From positions 64,604,001 through 64,668,000 of the forward strand of contig OX597816.1 in assembly GCA_951406725.2 (NCBI GenBank): DNA of 64,000 bases, in the 5' to 3' direction. This document shows positions 1 to 13,461 of this stretch, piece by piece. Both the position numbers and the translations under genes were made by a program. Below the pieces are notes generated by a model. The model was not told where the DNA came from and searched no databases. It saw only the letters and a program-made list of their open reading frames with translations. The first letter of the stretch is position 1. Each line of letters starts with the position of its first letter. This DNA comes from Octopus vulgaris. Taxonomy: Eukaryota.

Positions 1-699
1 CAACCAGCTGTGGCTTTTAATTGGGAAAGTAATTAACTCAGATATATTTGCATTGGAATAGAAAGGGGATGATGAAATTCAAATGTTTCACAGGAAGTGT
101 CAATATGCCTGAAACCATCAAGAAAAAGAAAAACAAAATTGGAAGAAAAGAAAAGAAAGAACAATGAAAATTATATTTCAGTTCATTCTCGAATGGAGAA
201 TTATATTGAAAAGCTAATTAGTCCAAGCTCCTCTGTGAATTATAGCAAAATTTTCCACTAGAAAAGATGCCAGCCATTGGTTTTAAATTTCATAAACGTA
301 TTGACATATTCTTTTATTTTTATTTCATTTATGTTGATTAATGGATATTGAATAAACTGCTACATCCCAATATGCACTTTAATCCTTGTAACGAGATTTT
401 CAGTTTGCAAACTGTGCGTTGCTATTAACTCAGACTCAAAGCTCGGCATCTAATCACCCCACTTAATATGCTACATCTTTACATGGACGTGGTTAGCTTT
501 CGCATAATGATTCATTCATTTCACTGTAAGAAGGCTGAATTTTGTCACGTAAACATAAAATCACTCGTAATTATCTAGCGATCTGATGTCTTTGTTTCAT
601 TTCCTATGATATCTCAACCGCTAGAAATAGCAAACAAATCTCCCCTCGAATCTCACTTGAGTACATTAAAAATAGAGGGCATCTTGTATAATATATTAT

Positions 700-1019
700 T
701 ATTTTTTATTTATTTATACGCCCTTTTCAAGCATAGCCAGGTTCTTAGGCCTGGTTTCCCGGTATTTATGGCGTATGTGTTCCCTACAGCTGGACGGGAC
801 GCCAGTCAAATGCAGCGTTACTCAAGAAACAGGAAGAAAGAGTGAGAGAAAGTTGGGGCGAAAGAGTACAACAGGGGTCGCCACCACCACCTGCCGGAAC
901 CTCGTGGTTCTTTAGGTGTTTTCGCTCAGTAAACACACACAACGCCCGGTCTGGGAATCGAAACCGCCATCCTCCGACCGCGAGACCGCTGCCCTAACCA
1001 CTGGGCCATTGCGCCTTCA
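700..1019 (-). mobile_element. tRNA-derived SINE, family C (OR-like head)
   Basis: The reverse strand begins GAAGGCGCAATGGCCCAGTGGTTAGGGCAGCGG...GGTTTCGATTCCCAGACCGGG (A box and B box). Its tail GACTGGCGTCCCGTCCAGCTG...CCGGGAAACC is shared with the copies at 51039 and 55280, and the end is A-rich. Confidence 0.85.
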
Positions 1020-1329
1020 CTGTATAATATATTACCAGGATAAATTGTATAAATATAACAAAGAATTGTCATTCTTGGAACACTATGTCATTGCTCAGTT
1101 AGATCAGTATCCACAGTTAAGCTGGACCTAAGCAAGAAAAAATTCTGGTTTTGCGGCGTTTTGTTAGTAACAAAACACACATTTACGATGTTTGAACAAC
1201 GTGGCATGCTATGTTTCTACGATGTGGCATGCATGCTATGCAGACGTTACTATATACGTTCGAAGTTAATGCATATATTTGCACCTGAGAAGATTAACAT
1301 AGCAAGACGATTTACATAATTTACTTACA

Positions 1330-2620
1330 TGAACCGTGTTGAGAAACAATTACGGCATCTATTGGGTGAGCATTATAACACAGCGCGAGATTTACGCGTA
1401 CAATTAATCGTCACCAACTACTTCCATTCCAACACTCTGCTCAAAACAGACATCAAATAAACCTGATGATCGCCATGTTCCGTTACCTGATTGACTTTCG
1501 AATGACTTGATCATTTCAAAGAGCAGCCTGCGACATAGAGATATGCAACAAGATCAAGTCAGCCAGAGGAGATGCATTAAGTACAGCCTCTGGGAATGAC
1601 CCATTACTACCGGTCAAAATATTGACCAATCAAAGTGAAGAATTTTCCTCAATCCAGTATATGGTATCCTCTTTGAAACCCACCAGCAATATAAGCTTAA
1701 CTGAACTGAGTCTCTCACAGTGGATTGATTTCAAGCCAGTTCAAGAAAGTTCACCGCTTTTTTTTCAAAGTAACGCTACCTTGTTGCATAATTAGACACA
1801 AATACATCCCCAACTGATATAAAACTGCAGTAAGAAGCCAAGTCTAAAAAACAATGAGGTATCGTCCATTACCGCCTGTGAAGACATTCTACGAAGATTT
1901 GATGCCGGTCGCCTCTGATGACACGAGGAATCAAAATTCCACTAAGTCCACTCAGAGCAAGACAACACCAATGAAACCACAATGGGTAATCCATGAGGAT
2001 CACAGAAGAGATGTGGCTTAATAACTATTCCAAAGTCTGTCCAGCGCCCCAGAAACCGCGAAATGCCTGATTAACATAAATTAGATGCCTTACGAAATTC
2101 CGAAAAACTGAATTAGAAAATGATTCTCTGTCCAGCATTTGATAGCATCCTTCTAGAGATCATCAACTGAGCAAAGGGCATTTTGTTAAACCAGATGCCC
2201 GAACTGCTCTGCTGGTGCTAGAAAGTAGAAACAGAGTCGCAAGGCATTTGGAGCGGTAAAATTGTCGCCCAGAATAAGAAGTGGGTGGGGAGAGCCAACT
2301 ACAATAATTAGAGAGGTAATTATTTCTTGATCATTGTTGAGAACGGTTTTGCTCATATGGTCCTAGCAACATCGGAAAATCGCGAAAAAGGACATATCTC
2401 GAATGTCATTTGAGTTTCAGTTCAGAGCTCACCGCAAAAATTACGCGCATTGCCCCTCCGCCACTACAAGACAAATGAAGATATCAATGGCGTGCAGTGT
2501 ATGTCGGTTTTGTTAATCTTATAACATTCTTCAACCATGAGGAGGTAGAGTGTTCAAAATCCTCGACAAGATCTGTTACCCGCCGACACTCACGTGGATA
2601 CTTCAGTCATTCTACCGTCG
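1330..2620 (+). pseudogene. Highly decayed RTE-clade LINE (linker plus N-terminal RT domain)
   Basis: Manual translation across frameshifts gives GIKIPLS/TQSKTTP (~1927), KIVAQNKKWVGRANYNN*RGNYFLIIVENGFAHMVL (2258), KRTYLECHLSFSSE (~2386) and LQDK*RYQWRAVYVGFVNLITFFN (2464). These are colinear with the RTE motifs GIKKALGPTQSKTAP, KIITLYKNKGDRSDCNNYRGISLLS, ERVYPESQCGFR and LQEKCREQ..LYIAFIDLTKAFD. Confidence 0.8.
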
Positions 2621-4339
2621 TTCATGAGGAAAAGAATATGTACCAGCTACGTGCTGGAGTATATTTATTCGAACTGAGACCAACGAACATGAAGTTAAGA
2701 ATCAATAAAACGAATCAATTTACTAAGATGCCGAAAAATATGTCTTGCGTCGATAAACTACTGTCATTTATGCTCTAAGTTCATATCATACCAATGTCAT
2801 CTTTGCGTTTTATCCTACCGAGTTCCATCAAATAAAGTATAGTCAGTTACTGATTTCGATTTAATCGACTGAAAATTCAGATTTCTAATATATGTAGCTT
2901 TCTGCCAATAATGGAAATCAATATTAGGTTGAAGACTAAGATGTTTAATGAGGAAACATTAGACATCTTCCATGCCTTCACAACAGTACTATTAAGTATA
3001 GCGAATCTACAAGACTCACTTAATAACATCTTAATTGAACATGAATCGCTAAAAGTTGTAAAGTAGCTTGCTGATGCTGCTGTGTTTTGTCTTCTTTTAT
3101 TTTTGCCCAGAGTATTATATCAGCAGGTGAGAGAGACTGTATTAATTTGTAACAGAAACTTAGATTCTCTTTGCTGTAAAAATATTTAATTATTGTTGAG
3201 GGTTTTATTCAAAACTAAGAAATAGATATATTTCCCCATGCAGTTTTATTGCCTGGGAGAAATCTTTATTTTCATTCCAGTGCTGACATTTAATTGACCT
3301 ATAATTGAAACAATGAAAGTGTGAGCTTGCTAATAAATTATACAAATAGGATTCTTTCCATCTGAGACAATGAGCTAACTCAATTGGTTTTTAAACTTTT
3401 AGGAAGATCGATTTAAAAGTTTTAATGGAGTTTAGAGATCACGTGAGGTTTTGGAAATTGAAGATTACCCTCGGCATTGTATGATAAGTTCATAGTAAAA
3501 TCTCGAATTGATTCCATTAGCTATTTTCACAGCACACACGGCTCCTGATAGCCAACGTATAAAAATGGATTGAGGTTACAAGAGTAAATATTGATTTTTC
3601 TTTAGTAGACAATATGTCATGTTTATAAGGAAGGCTGATAGAGTTGTTTTGTCAGACTCCACTAGATTATTTGTAATTATTTAGTTTATCCATCCATACT
3701 CTGAAATACAAGTCTACCCCCAGCAGAATTTATTCTAAAAGCAAAGTCAATAAACAAGATCCCGGACAATTTCCATTTCAGCCGTCTAATGTCAACATCA
3801 TCTCCAACACTGAGATCGATTAAATATTGTCTCTTGGTTTAAAAACAACTCTCATTTTGTAGAAAAAGGAGATATGTATATCCAATTAAGTTTTTAAAAA
3901 ATCAAAACATTGGCACTTAAAAAAAATACGAAACGATGAAAGAGTTTTTCACAATCAATCGACCAGTTACAAACAGCAACCATACATCCCTTAGATCTCA
4001 TTCTTTTATTCTTTTTTAAGGGGGTATTCGTTGAATTATGCGAATCTTGGTTCCGCACTGAGCCGAATGGTGCAGTCCAACGTACACCGTTTCTGAGGGG
4101 AGGGAGAATATGAGAAGGAATAACTCTGATCATATGTTAATTAGAACAAGGTTGACATAATAAACAGCGACAACAGGATAATAATATATAACGGGTATTT
4201 ATTTAACACACATCATCATATGAATTCCAATAGCATACCTCAAACTATACTTTTAACATTTCTGTAACAGAAACTGTCTTCGAAACATACAGAAGGCTGG
4301 AAGGACACTCTGTTGTAGTTACCTACCAGCATAAATTTT

Positions 4340-4475
4340 CAGTTGACTTGAATGGATCACCGTGGAATGACAAGGCCTAACTCAGGAATACAACGCGTTT
4401 CGTTATCTGGGAACCAAACCTACGTCCTTACAATTGTTAGCTAAGTGGCCTAAGCACTAAATCACGTACCTTCAT
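4340..4475 (-). mobile_element. Degenerate family C SINE head
   Basis: The reverse strand reads GAAGGTACGTGATTTAGTGCTTAGG...GGTTTGGTTCCCAGA...CGCGTTGTATTCCTGAG, a decayed version of the head at 10723-11041. Confidence 0.5.
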
Positions 4476-5149
4476 ATAGACACCAGAAATATAACGACCA
4501 TCACAAAGTCAGAAACGCGGAAAGTTAGGCTTGTACATCTGCCTTTTAAATATTGATATTTTTATCTGTTTAAATAAAATTAATCAAATTGATGAAAACT
4601 GAAAATTTGTTTATACTTTTTACTTGTTCTCTTTTTATTTGTTTGTGTTTTTTTTACTGACATTGAACTTTGCCTTTTTATGTACCATTCATCCTATCAA
4701 GACGTTAATCATCTTGTTCTTCCTCATTTGGTAGTTGATGGTCGGTTCCTGAGTTGCAGACTTGAGATTTGAATACTGCCAAATCAATTTCGCTGTTTGA
4801 GACACGGAAGAATGTCAAGAGAAATCGCTCTGTTGTTGTTAAACATGTTCGACTTAATGTCATCTAAGTTCTACCACTTAAAAGTTGTAAAACTGCAATA
4901 GACATCATCCTTGACTGACATGGAAACTATATTGTTTACGTTACATATGAAGTAGCTGATGGCGAAAGTGGCGAGTGGTGTAACGTAGAAATAAATTTGT
5001 GTCGAGCCGAACATGCAATCTAACTTCGATTTCCGATCGCTGTCATTTCATTCTTTTTAAAATGCTGGCGAAACGCACGCGCACAAATACACATGCATGT
5101 ACACGCACACACACATTTACTCAAACACGCATATGTATGTATAAAATCT

Positions 5150-5340
5150 TTTGCTTGTTTCAGTCATTTGACTCCGGCCATGCTGGAGGGCACCACCTTT
5201 TATTCAAGCAAATTGAACCACAGAACTTATTCTATCGGACTCTTTTGCCGAACTGCTAAGTTACGGGGACATAAACACACCAGCATCGGTTGTCAAGCGA
5301 TGCTGGGGGACAAACACAGACACACAAACATATACACACA
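5150..5340 (-). mobile_element. Family A SINE, 3' half
   Basis: Reverse complement of the 3' half of the full copy at 30094 (CATCGCTTGACAACCGATGCTGGTGTGTTTA...CCAGCATGGCC). Confidence 0.85.
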
Positions 5341-5374
5341 TACACACACACACATATATATATATGTATGTATG

Positions 5375-5408
<34 letters not shown>

Positions 5409-5426
5409 TATACATGTGTGTGTGTG

Positions 5427-5495
<69 letters not shown>
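5340..5495. repeat. Compound microsatellite (CA)n/(TATG)n/(TA)n, representative of the dozens of such tracts in the window
   Basis: Seen directly. Similar tracts lie at about 12170, 13975, 14855, 15210, 17675, 25780, 35310, 41330, 46340, 56030 and 58515. Confidence 0.97.
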
Positions 5496-7519
5496 TAAAC
5501 AAACTACCACAATTACACGCCCCTGGAAGGCTTACATTAATTACGTAAATACAGAGTATTGGAAACATAATATACTTTCCAACCACGCTGCTCCACTTCT
5601 TTTTCAATACAGAAAGACACATGATATAAGGTATTCCGAGTTTAACTTAAGATTTTTTTCCTTTCTATTTTGTTTTAGCCATCGCGGCCAAGTTCAAACA
5701 CAAGCTCTAACTTCGTCTTCAAAACTCTAGGCTAGTCGAGACCGAGATTTCTTTATAATCATGGGACCTGACAATAATCAATAGCGCTCTAAAACGGATT
5801 CCTTAATAAACTGAAGTTTTGAATTTCACAAAAATGAAAGCAGTATACCCAGCAAATGAGGAGCCTCTATACAGTCATTCCATTTACTAGAAACAACAAT
5901 GATAGCTACCTCAAATGATACTACGGTCATCTTTAAAAGAAAAGGCACGAAGATTTACAAAAGGACAGGACGGTCAGAACTGGAACGTCTTCTGTCCTTC
6001 ACCTACTTGGTCGAGGTCGACTTTGATCAAACCAACAGCAACAATAGAAATTGCACATGTGTGGAGTCGAGAATGGCAGCTGGCTTCTCTTTGTAAGAAT
6101 ATATATGAACTTTCAGATTCAGTTATAAAAATTTGTCCTTTTATAAAAATTTGTCCTTACTGCAATAACTTTACTTTCCATACGGTAAATATTAATGGTC
6201 TTTGGAAAAGCTCCAGAGTCAGAGAACCCACAACAGTTGTATAAAATCTGGCGCTTGCTTCTTCGCAAATAGACAAACGCATCGCTGTGCCTTTGTATTC
6301 CTTATTATGCTGAAACTCTAATCGAACCGAATTTTCATTTCATCTGTAAGAGGTGATAAAATACCAGTAATAAGTAGTTCAGTCATTTCAAATATATCAA
6401 ATCGCCTCTCTACTAAATTAGCATTTTACCAAGTGCAAAGAAAATATCGCTTTGTTAATCGATTCTGTTTTCTAGAGATAATTAAACACTGTGAAGAACA
6501 GTTGGCGGTTGATATAAAATCTAATGACATGGCTGTTTATGAGATATTTTGTTCATATAGTAATGTTGTTGTTGATAGCAACGATAGTAGTGTTGTGTGG
6601 AAATGATATATTTCTATTAGTGTTTGCGATGACATTGTGGCATTTCTCTAGTTAATGTTGCTAGTCACTGTTGTGTTTGGTTAATTGCAAAAGTAGGTTT
6701 GATGGTTGAGATGGAGGCGGTTTATATCGACGCTTAAGTGAGATAAAGTTTTATACTCATTATAATGTTCACTCGGACAATATATAAAATAATGAAAACA
6801 GTAATAGAATTTATGTTGATATACTACATTGAATTACTGCCTGTTTAACTGCCAAAGTTTAATGTATATTCATTAATCAAACCTCAACAGCTTTCTAAAG
6901 TTATGAGCCAGCTATTTTTCTTTCTTATTTTCTTTCCTTATTTCTTTTTGTAATGTTAGTATCGTCCTCACGTTGAACAAAGTGGGAATTATTGGTGGTT
7001 TAAATTATTAGTTCAGATGTGACGTTAGAGAATTGATCTAGTTGTTTGCAATATCGATTTTGTATCGTGTGTTTGTACGGGCTGGGAGGAGTAAGGGCTG
7101 GCTAAAGAAATAATTCCGATCATGTCGTTGCATTATTCACGTTATTGATCTAACGTTTGGAAGGATATCCTCAGACCCACTAGTTACATTATCGATTTCA
7201 TGTTGCGAAAAATACAATTGGTTTGAATTACCGAACTTCATGTCTTCATGGTTTGGGCATTAGAATATATTTTGTAGTTTCTATTTTATAATTCTTTTTT
7301 TTTTTTCTCATTTCAGTAATAAAGGGCCGTTACCTTAATATTTTCATTAGTCCGCATCACATAATCCTATCGGAATTGCTTGCATCTGTATGTGAAATCA
7401 ACTGTGCTCTTATCGACAAAATCCTAATGGTTTTTCAGGGAGAGTTCTTTAATTACTATATTGAATAGCAATAAAAAGACAAAAACCCGGTTCACAAAAG
7501 AGCAGATTTTGATTGAAAA

Positions 7520-8460
7520 AAACATGTCTGTTGGTATTGTTGATGTTTTTGTTGCAGTAATGATACCGTTGTTAAAGTTGTTGCTGTTGTTGTTGCAGTT
7601 ATGCTGGTTGTTGTTGTTAGTGGTGGTGGTAGTGGTGTTATTGCTGTTGATGTTGCTCCGTTTACTTTGTTTTTTTTATGATGTTGTTTATGTTGATAAC
7701 ATAGATGATGAGGATGATGACAATGATAACGATGAAGAGGAGAGAGAGCAGAAGGAAGCAGAAGAGGAGGAGAGAGAGCAGAAGGAAGCAGAAGAGGAGG
7801 AGAAAGAAAGGATGACGATGATGATGGTGGCTGTTGTTATAGAAGTGTGGCAATACCGATGGTGGGATAACGTGATGGCAGTGGGGTGGGTGTAATGATG
7901 ATAGTTCTAATAATAATGATAATTATGTTGAAGATTTTAATGCTACGGTTGTTGTTGGTAGCGGTGTTGGTGTTGATAATAAAGAGGAATAGGTGGAGGA
8001 GAAGTAAGATGGGAAGGGGAGGAGAGAAAGAGGTGCATAATAAAGATGAGCATTGTTTTGTGATAGTGGCAGTGGCCGTGGTAGTCGTGGTCGCAGTGGT
8101 CGTGATGGTCACGGTGGTGGCGATGGTAGTGACGGTAGATGATGACGGCGGGTAGTGGTGTGTTTGACATCTTGATGACTGCGTTGATAATAATGATGTC
8201 AGAGAAGTTGATGAGTTTCAGTGAAACAGTTCCTGCGACTGATTGATGACAATGATGGCGATGTTGTTGATGGTGGTGGTCATGATGATGATGATGATGA
8301 TGATGACGACGACGACGACGCTGATGATAATGATAATGATGATTATGATAATGACGACGTTAATGATAACAATGATGATGATGAGAGATGATGACGACGA
8401 TGAAGGCAACAATAATAACGCAAATGACGTGAATGGACAAAGTTGGTGATTATAATGTTG
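7520..8460. repeat. Low-complexity trinucleotide mosaic (GTT/GGT/GAT/GAG) with a 30-bp duplication at ~7737-7800
   Basis: Degenerate triplet runs. GAGGAGAGAGAGCAGAAGGAAGCAGAAGAG occurs twice in tandem. Confidence 0.9.
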
Positions 8461-8519
8461 ATTATATCACTGATTGTTTTATCGTTTCATAATTTTAAAG
8501 ATACCGTTTACGATAACCT

Positions 8520-9000
8520 CCAGGATATTTCTTTTCCGTCGTCTCTTTCCTTTTTTTTTCTTCCTCCTTTTCTGCCTTCGTTTCTCTTTTCTTTATTTTT
8601 CCTTGCTATTTTTCTTCCTTCTTTCCTTCCATTCTTTCGTTCACTTCCCTGAATCTTTTATTTCATTCCTTCTGTATCGCCTTCTATTTTTTACTTTCAT
8701 TCATTTCTCCACCTTTCCCTCCATCTTCCTTCGGATTCTAACTTTCTTTCGTTGTTGTTCCCGCCATTCATTACTACTTTGTTCCTTCTGTATTTCTTTT
8801 CTTTTCCTTCTATTCCCATTCCTACTTTCAGATCTATTTACCTTTTTTCCTTCTTCTATTCTTTCATCATCTCTTTCTTCTTTCCATCGTCCCTTCCTTC
8901 ATCTTTTATTTCTGTTTCCTTATGTTCCTCTCAATCGTTCACCCATTTCATCTTTACCCGTCATTTTTCTTCATCTGTCTCTTATTTTATTTACATTTTT
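8520..9000. repeat. Pyrimidine-rich (CT/TTC) low-complexity tract
   Basis: The + strand is strongly C/T-biased. Confidence 0.9.
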
Positions 9001-10487
9001 GTTAATTTCCATACTGAATATTTGCATCCCTTTCATACGTTTATAAAAACAAATAGTTTTTTCTGCTCACACATACGTACGTCTTCGTAATCGCTGTGTA
9101 TGAAGGGGTGCAACAGCGAAAAATATACATACACGCATACAAATGTATGTGTATGTGTTTGTGAATGTATCAATGTGTGTGGAGTGTGTATGCGTATGAG
9201 TGTGTGTGTGTGTGCATGCGTGTTAATAAATGATATCCAAATGCATACCAGTAATCATCGAGGGGGGATTAAGCATGATCATTTATTCACATATGGAGTT
9301 ACTTGTGCACAATTATCATGGATGTTACACATCACAAATGTATTGTTTACGCCCAGAATCTTACAACATAAACACTTACACTATACATGCTGGTACTAGA
9401 ATACCAAAACACCGTAATTAAATTGTGCTCTAAGGAGCAGTGATCTCAAATGGTTAACCTCTTGCTATTTGTTAACCTGTAGATATCATACCTCAAACTT
9501 TTATTCCATATACACATTCCACTTCTTTCTACGTCTTTTGCATCAAGGGTGAACTATGTTTGTACAGCCAACAACGGAACCTATTGCTAGTTGATATTTC
9601 ACATAGTCCTTGATATTTTCATACATCTAACTTCCATAATCCTTCATAAACTTCATTTCTTAAAGAGAATAAGAGAGACTACTTTTGCACGCAGTGTTAA
9701 AGCTGCTTCTTAGATAACAAGAGTTTCCAGTTATCGATCCCTTTCATTAGCCAATAACAGTCATACCCAGTAGCACTAAAAAACCTACAGAAACTCCGAT
9801 CCGCAAGCAGTCAGCTTCAATCAACGTTTACCAGTCTCATCAAGTGGCTTGAACTAGGCAATGATATTCAGCTCTACTCATTAACCAACGATAACAGACC
9901 TTATCTATGCGCTGCAAAAAGCATTGTTATTTAAACCAGGTAATGGTTTTGCTTCCTTTCTCAGAGACTTGAACTAATGGGTTTCTGAGTCAAGCTGTTG
10001 ACACTATTAAATACTGTAGCCCAAAAAGAGCGAGGGGAATAAGAGTACAATACGAGACGACACAACAGACCGACGAAAATTTAAAAGATGTTAGTTAAAG
10101 GATAAGCACAAGACAAAAATCTATGGAACGTTTTACACGGTAAATTTTAATACTGAAAAGAGGAAAATAGACAATTGTTTCAGGTGAATGTTTTATCAAA
10201 GTAACGTAAAAAAAGAAATAAGAAAAAAAAAAAGAAACACGAAGAGAGACAATACCTGGTTAAAGCACGTGTTTGCCTTTCGGTTGCATGGTGTAAAACA
10301 CGTATTTTACTGATAGACCGAAAGTAGGCTAGCTGACTAGGTGGGGTCAAGAATAGGTGGGGTAGGTTGAGTGGTAGGGTTGAGCGAGAAGGGATAAGAA
10401 AAAAGAAGGGACTATTGTTTAAGGTTCAAGGGAAGAATTTGAGAGGAGTGGAGAAAGTAGTTATATGCGTAGTGATAGTAGAAGGTA

Positions 10488-10680
10488 TGCTTAGCAGTAT
10501 TTCGTCCGCCGTTACGTTCTGAGTTCAAATTCCGCCGAGGTCGACTTTGCCTTTCATCCTTTCGGGGATGATTAATCAAGTACCAGTTACGTACTGGGAT
10601 CGATGTAATCGACTTAATCCCTTTGTTTTTCATTGTTTGTCCCCTCTATGTTCAGCCCCTTGTGGACAATAAAGCAATAA
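10488..10680 (+). mobile_element. Family B tRNA-SINE (MetaSINE-like core), 5'-truncated
   Basis: Contains GAGTTCAAATTCCGCCGAGGTCGACTTTGCCTTTCATCCTTTCGGGG...AAGTACCAG and is flanked by an AGAAGGTA duplication. Confidence 0.85.
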
Positions 10681-10722
10681 GAAGGTAGTGTTTAGACACA
10701 TTCACGTGCAAGAAACTATGTA

Positions 10723-11041
10723 AAGGAGCACTCCGTCAGTTACGACGAGGGTCCCACCTGATACGATCAACAGAACAGCTTGCTCGTGAAATTAACGTGC
10801 AAGTGGCTGAGCACTCTACAGACACGTGTACCTTTAACGTAGTTCTCGGGGAGATTCGGCATTACACAGTGACAAGGCCGGCCCTTTGAAATACAGGTAC
10901 TACTCATGTTTGCTAGCTGAGTGGACTGGAGCAACATGAAATAAAATGTTTTGCTCAAGGACACAACGCGTCGCCGGGAATTGAACTCACGACCTTACGA
11001 TTGCGAGCCGAATGCCTTAACTACTAAGCCACGCGCCTTCA
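10723..11041 (-). mobile_element. Family C SINE with CORE-like segment, full length
   Basis: tRNA-like head followed by TTGTGTCCTTGAGCAAAACATTTTATTTCATGTTGCTCCAGTCCACTCAGC. Perfect 14-bp TSD CAAGAAACTATGTA at 10709-10722 and 11042-11055. Confidence 0.9.
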
Positions 11042-11294
11042 CAAGAAACTATGTATTTGTATAGTAATGGGTTTTTGTATGTGTGTGTAAAGAGCAGAGA
11101 GTATTTATGAATTAACTGTATTAGTAGTATGTTTGTGCTGATACATATATACGTGTGTGTGTGTCAGAGAGAGAGAGAGAGAGAGAGAGTACGTGCGTGA
11201 GTTATTTAGGTATATTACCTATACACGCAAGCTGTGGTAGTGAAAGATTACTATACCTAGAATTTGGTGATGTGTAGGTGTAAATTTGTGTGCG

Positions 11295-12050
11295 TAACAA
11301 ATGTTAATGTGCTATTTATAACAGCTAGGATTGTCCTAAGCAAAAGATGAGCTGTTGTTCTTTGTGATGGGGTGGAACAGATGAGCCGTAGAGTAAAAAG
11401 ACACTATGGACTGAGAGATGGGAAATGGTGTGGACAGATAAACTGTGACGGGCAACAAGCTATGCAGTATTATTTAAACGAAGGTAGCTTAGGTGTTCTG
11501 CGAAAAGAACCGCTAACCTTCGGCCGTGTCAACAATGTACAAGGAGCCACATAAAAGACATCTGATGCAATATATTATATTCTTTGTGCAGTAGGCAAAA
11601 TAGTCAGCGATGTAGTGGGGATGCTGGTTGGGTGCATGTAGCATAGTATTGTTGTAGATGTATGGAAAAGTATTGCAACAGATCCTAGAGTAGGAAATGG
11701 AAAATGGTTAGGTACGAAGAGCTTTCGAACTATGAGATCACATAGGTTAGAAGACAGATTGTATGAATGAATTGAAGAGACACACGTGGAATATAGCGGA
11801 GGTGGCAGTGTCTAAGCTAAGGAGGTAGGATCTGCAAAGGATGGAATGTTAAAAGGGTACGATATTAGGATTGACGGTGAGCCTTCCGTAATATCAATGA
11901 CTATATCATTCACTGTTCCCTACATATCGAAGAGGATAGAGTTTGTCAATGTATATAGTCATGTGACTCGCGAATACACATCTTTGACAAGGCTCAAGGT
12001 GGCCCAAATGCATCTGTTGTTCGTATGAGTGACAACTGGAAAGAAGTTAG
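11295..12050 (-). pseudogene. Decayed Penelope-like element (Neptune-type) C-terminus with GIY-YIG endonuclease
   Basis: Minus-strand translation: NLCDLIVR..., SRICCNTFPYI...YFAYCTKNIIYCIRCLLCGSLYIV, then after a frameshift GRRLAVLFAEHL...VARH...KEQQLIFCLG. This matches the PLE pattern CxxCPY...FTCxxxNxIYCIxCxxCxxLYIGxTxRxLxxRFxEH...REQxLIFxLGT. Confidence 0.8.
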
Positions 12051-12165
12051 TATCGCTCCGGTATATATTGCGTTTTTAATACAGCATATCAATCGAAAAT
12101 AAACCAACGACGCACATGAACCCATACAAATGCGGTCACATAGATACGTATATACATACACATAC

Positions 12166-12264
<99 letters not shown>

Positions 12265-12410
12265 TAGAAAAAGAAAGAGAGAGAGAGAGAGAGAAAGAAA
12301 GAGAGAGAGAGAGAAATAAGGATATGATCGTTAATTTTAAAATAAAATAACGATTAAAATAAAATAACGATTGGAAAAAATAACCTTCAAAGGTAATACT
12401 TATTAAAATC

Positions 12411-12658
12411 ATAAATTAGGGTATCTACGAGATACCCCCATGCTGAAAATAGCAGTCATGATCTGACTCTAAAACCACCTTAATTGCCCTTATATTAACA
12501 CGGAGATAAAACAAAGAGACTAGATGAAACTAGTAAAGTTTTATATTGTCTCTTTGTTTTCTCTCTTTGTTGATATATGAACAATTAAGGTGGTGTTAGA
12601 GTCAGATCATGGCTGCTATTTTCAGCATGGTGGTATCTCTTAGATAGCCTAATTTATA
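12411..12658. repeat. ~250-bp fold-back inverted repeat abutting (TA)n
   Basis: ATAAATTAGGGTATCTACGAGATACCCCCATGCTGAAAATAGCAGTCATGATCTGACTCTAAAACCACCTTAATTG is the near reverse complement of 12582-12658. Confidence 0.92.
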
Positions 12659-12696
12659 ATTATATATATATATATTTATATATATATATATATAAC

Positions 12697-13362
12697 ATTA
12701 ATAAATAAAATAAAACATGTGCATATATACATGCATATATGTACGTACCTACCTCTACATGTATATATACATGCATATATGGGTACAGGACACCAAAAAA
12801 ACGTCGAACACAATGAGAAACGAAAAGATAAACACAAAATCAAGGAAATGGACATTTTTTTAAAACAACGAAAAAATAAGAGTACAGGACATACAAAACA
12901 AGGAAGATTCCCCTTCTTCAGTCGCCTTAATTTTATCTACTTCACGTTTCGAAGGTCAAGGCGATACATGTGTTCGATGAAATTTTCCTTCCCGCGAAAA
13001 TCAAATTAAATAAGATTTGAGGTATTTTTGCGGAGGGGTAAAAATGGTAACAAAAACAGGATAGTAACGACAGTCGTTACTATCCTGGAGTAGATGAAAT
13101 TGGAGTAGATGACAATGGAGTAGATGAAATTAAGGCGACTGAAGAAGGGGAATTTTCCTTGTTTTGTATGTCCTGTACTCTATTTTTTCGTTGTTTTAAA
13201 AAAATGTGAATTTCCTTGGTTTTGTGTTTATCTTTTCGTTTCTCATTGTGTTCGACGTTTTTTTTGGTGTCTTGTACCCATATATGCATGTATATATACA
13301 TGTAGAGGTAGGTACGTACATATATGTATGTATATATGCATATATTTTAGTTATTTATTAAT
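12697..13362. mobile_element. Long inverted repeat (~245-bp arms), a putative inverted PLE pseudo-LTR pair; same family as 63600-64000
   Basis: Arms at about 12697-12940 and 13117-13362 are near-perfect reverse complements, giving the mirrored ORFs 12719+ and 13080-. The structure is flanked by TA-rich sequence. Confidence 0.85.
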
Positions 13363-13423
13363 TTATTGTATGACAGAACGCACGCATCCCTTTCTAAGTA
13401 AGATTGTTCTTAATATATGTATA

Positions 13424-13461
<38 letters not shown>

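Noticed and set aside
7461-9090. Acidic and hydrophobic ORFs resembling membrane proteins
   Set aside because: They are low-complexity triplet and pyrimidine DNA with no domain signature or splice context.
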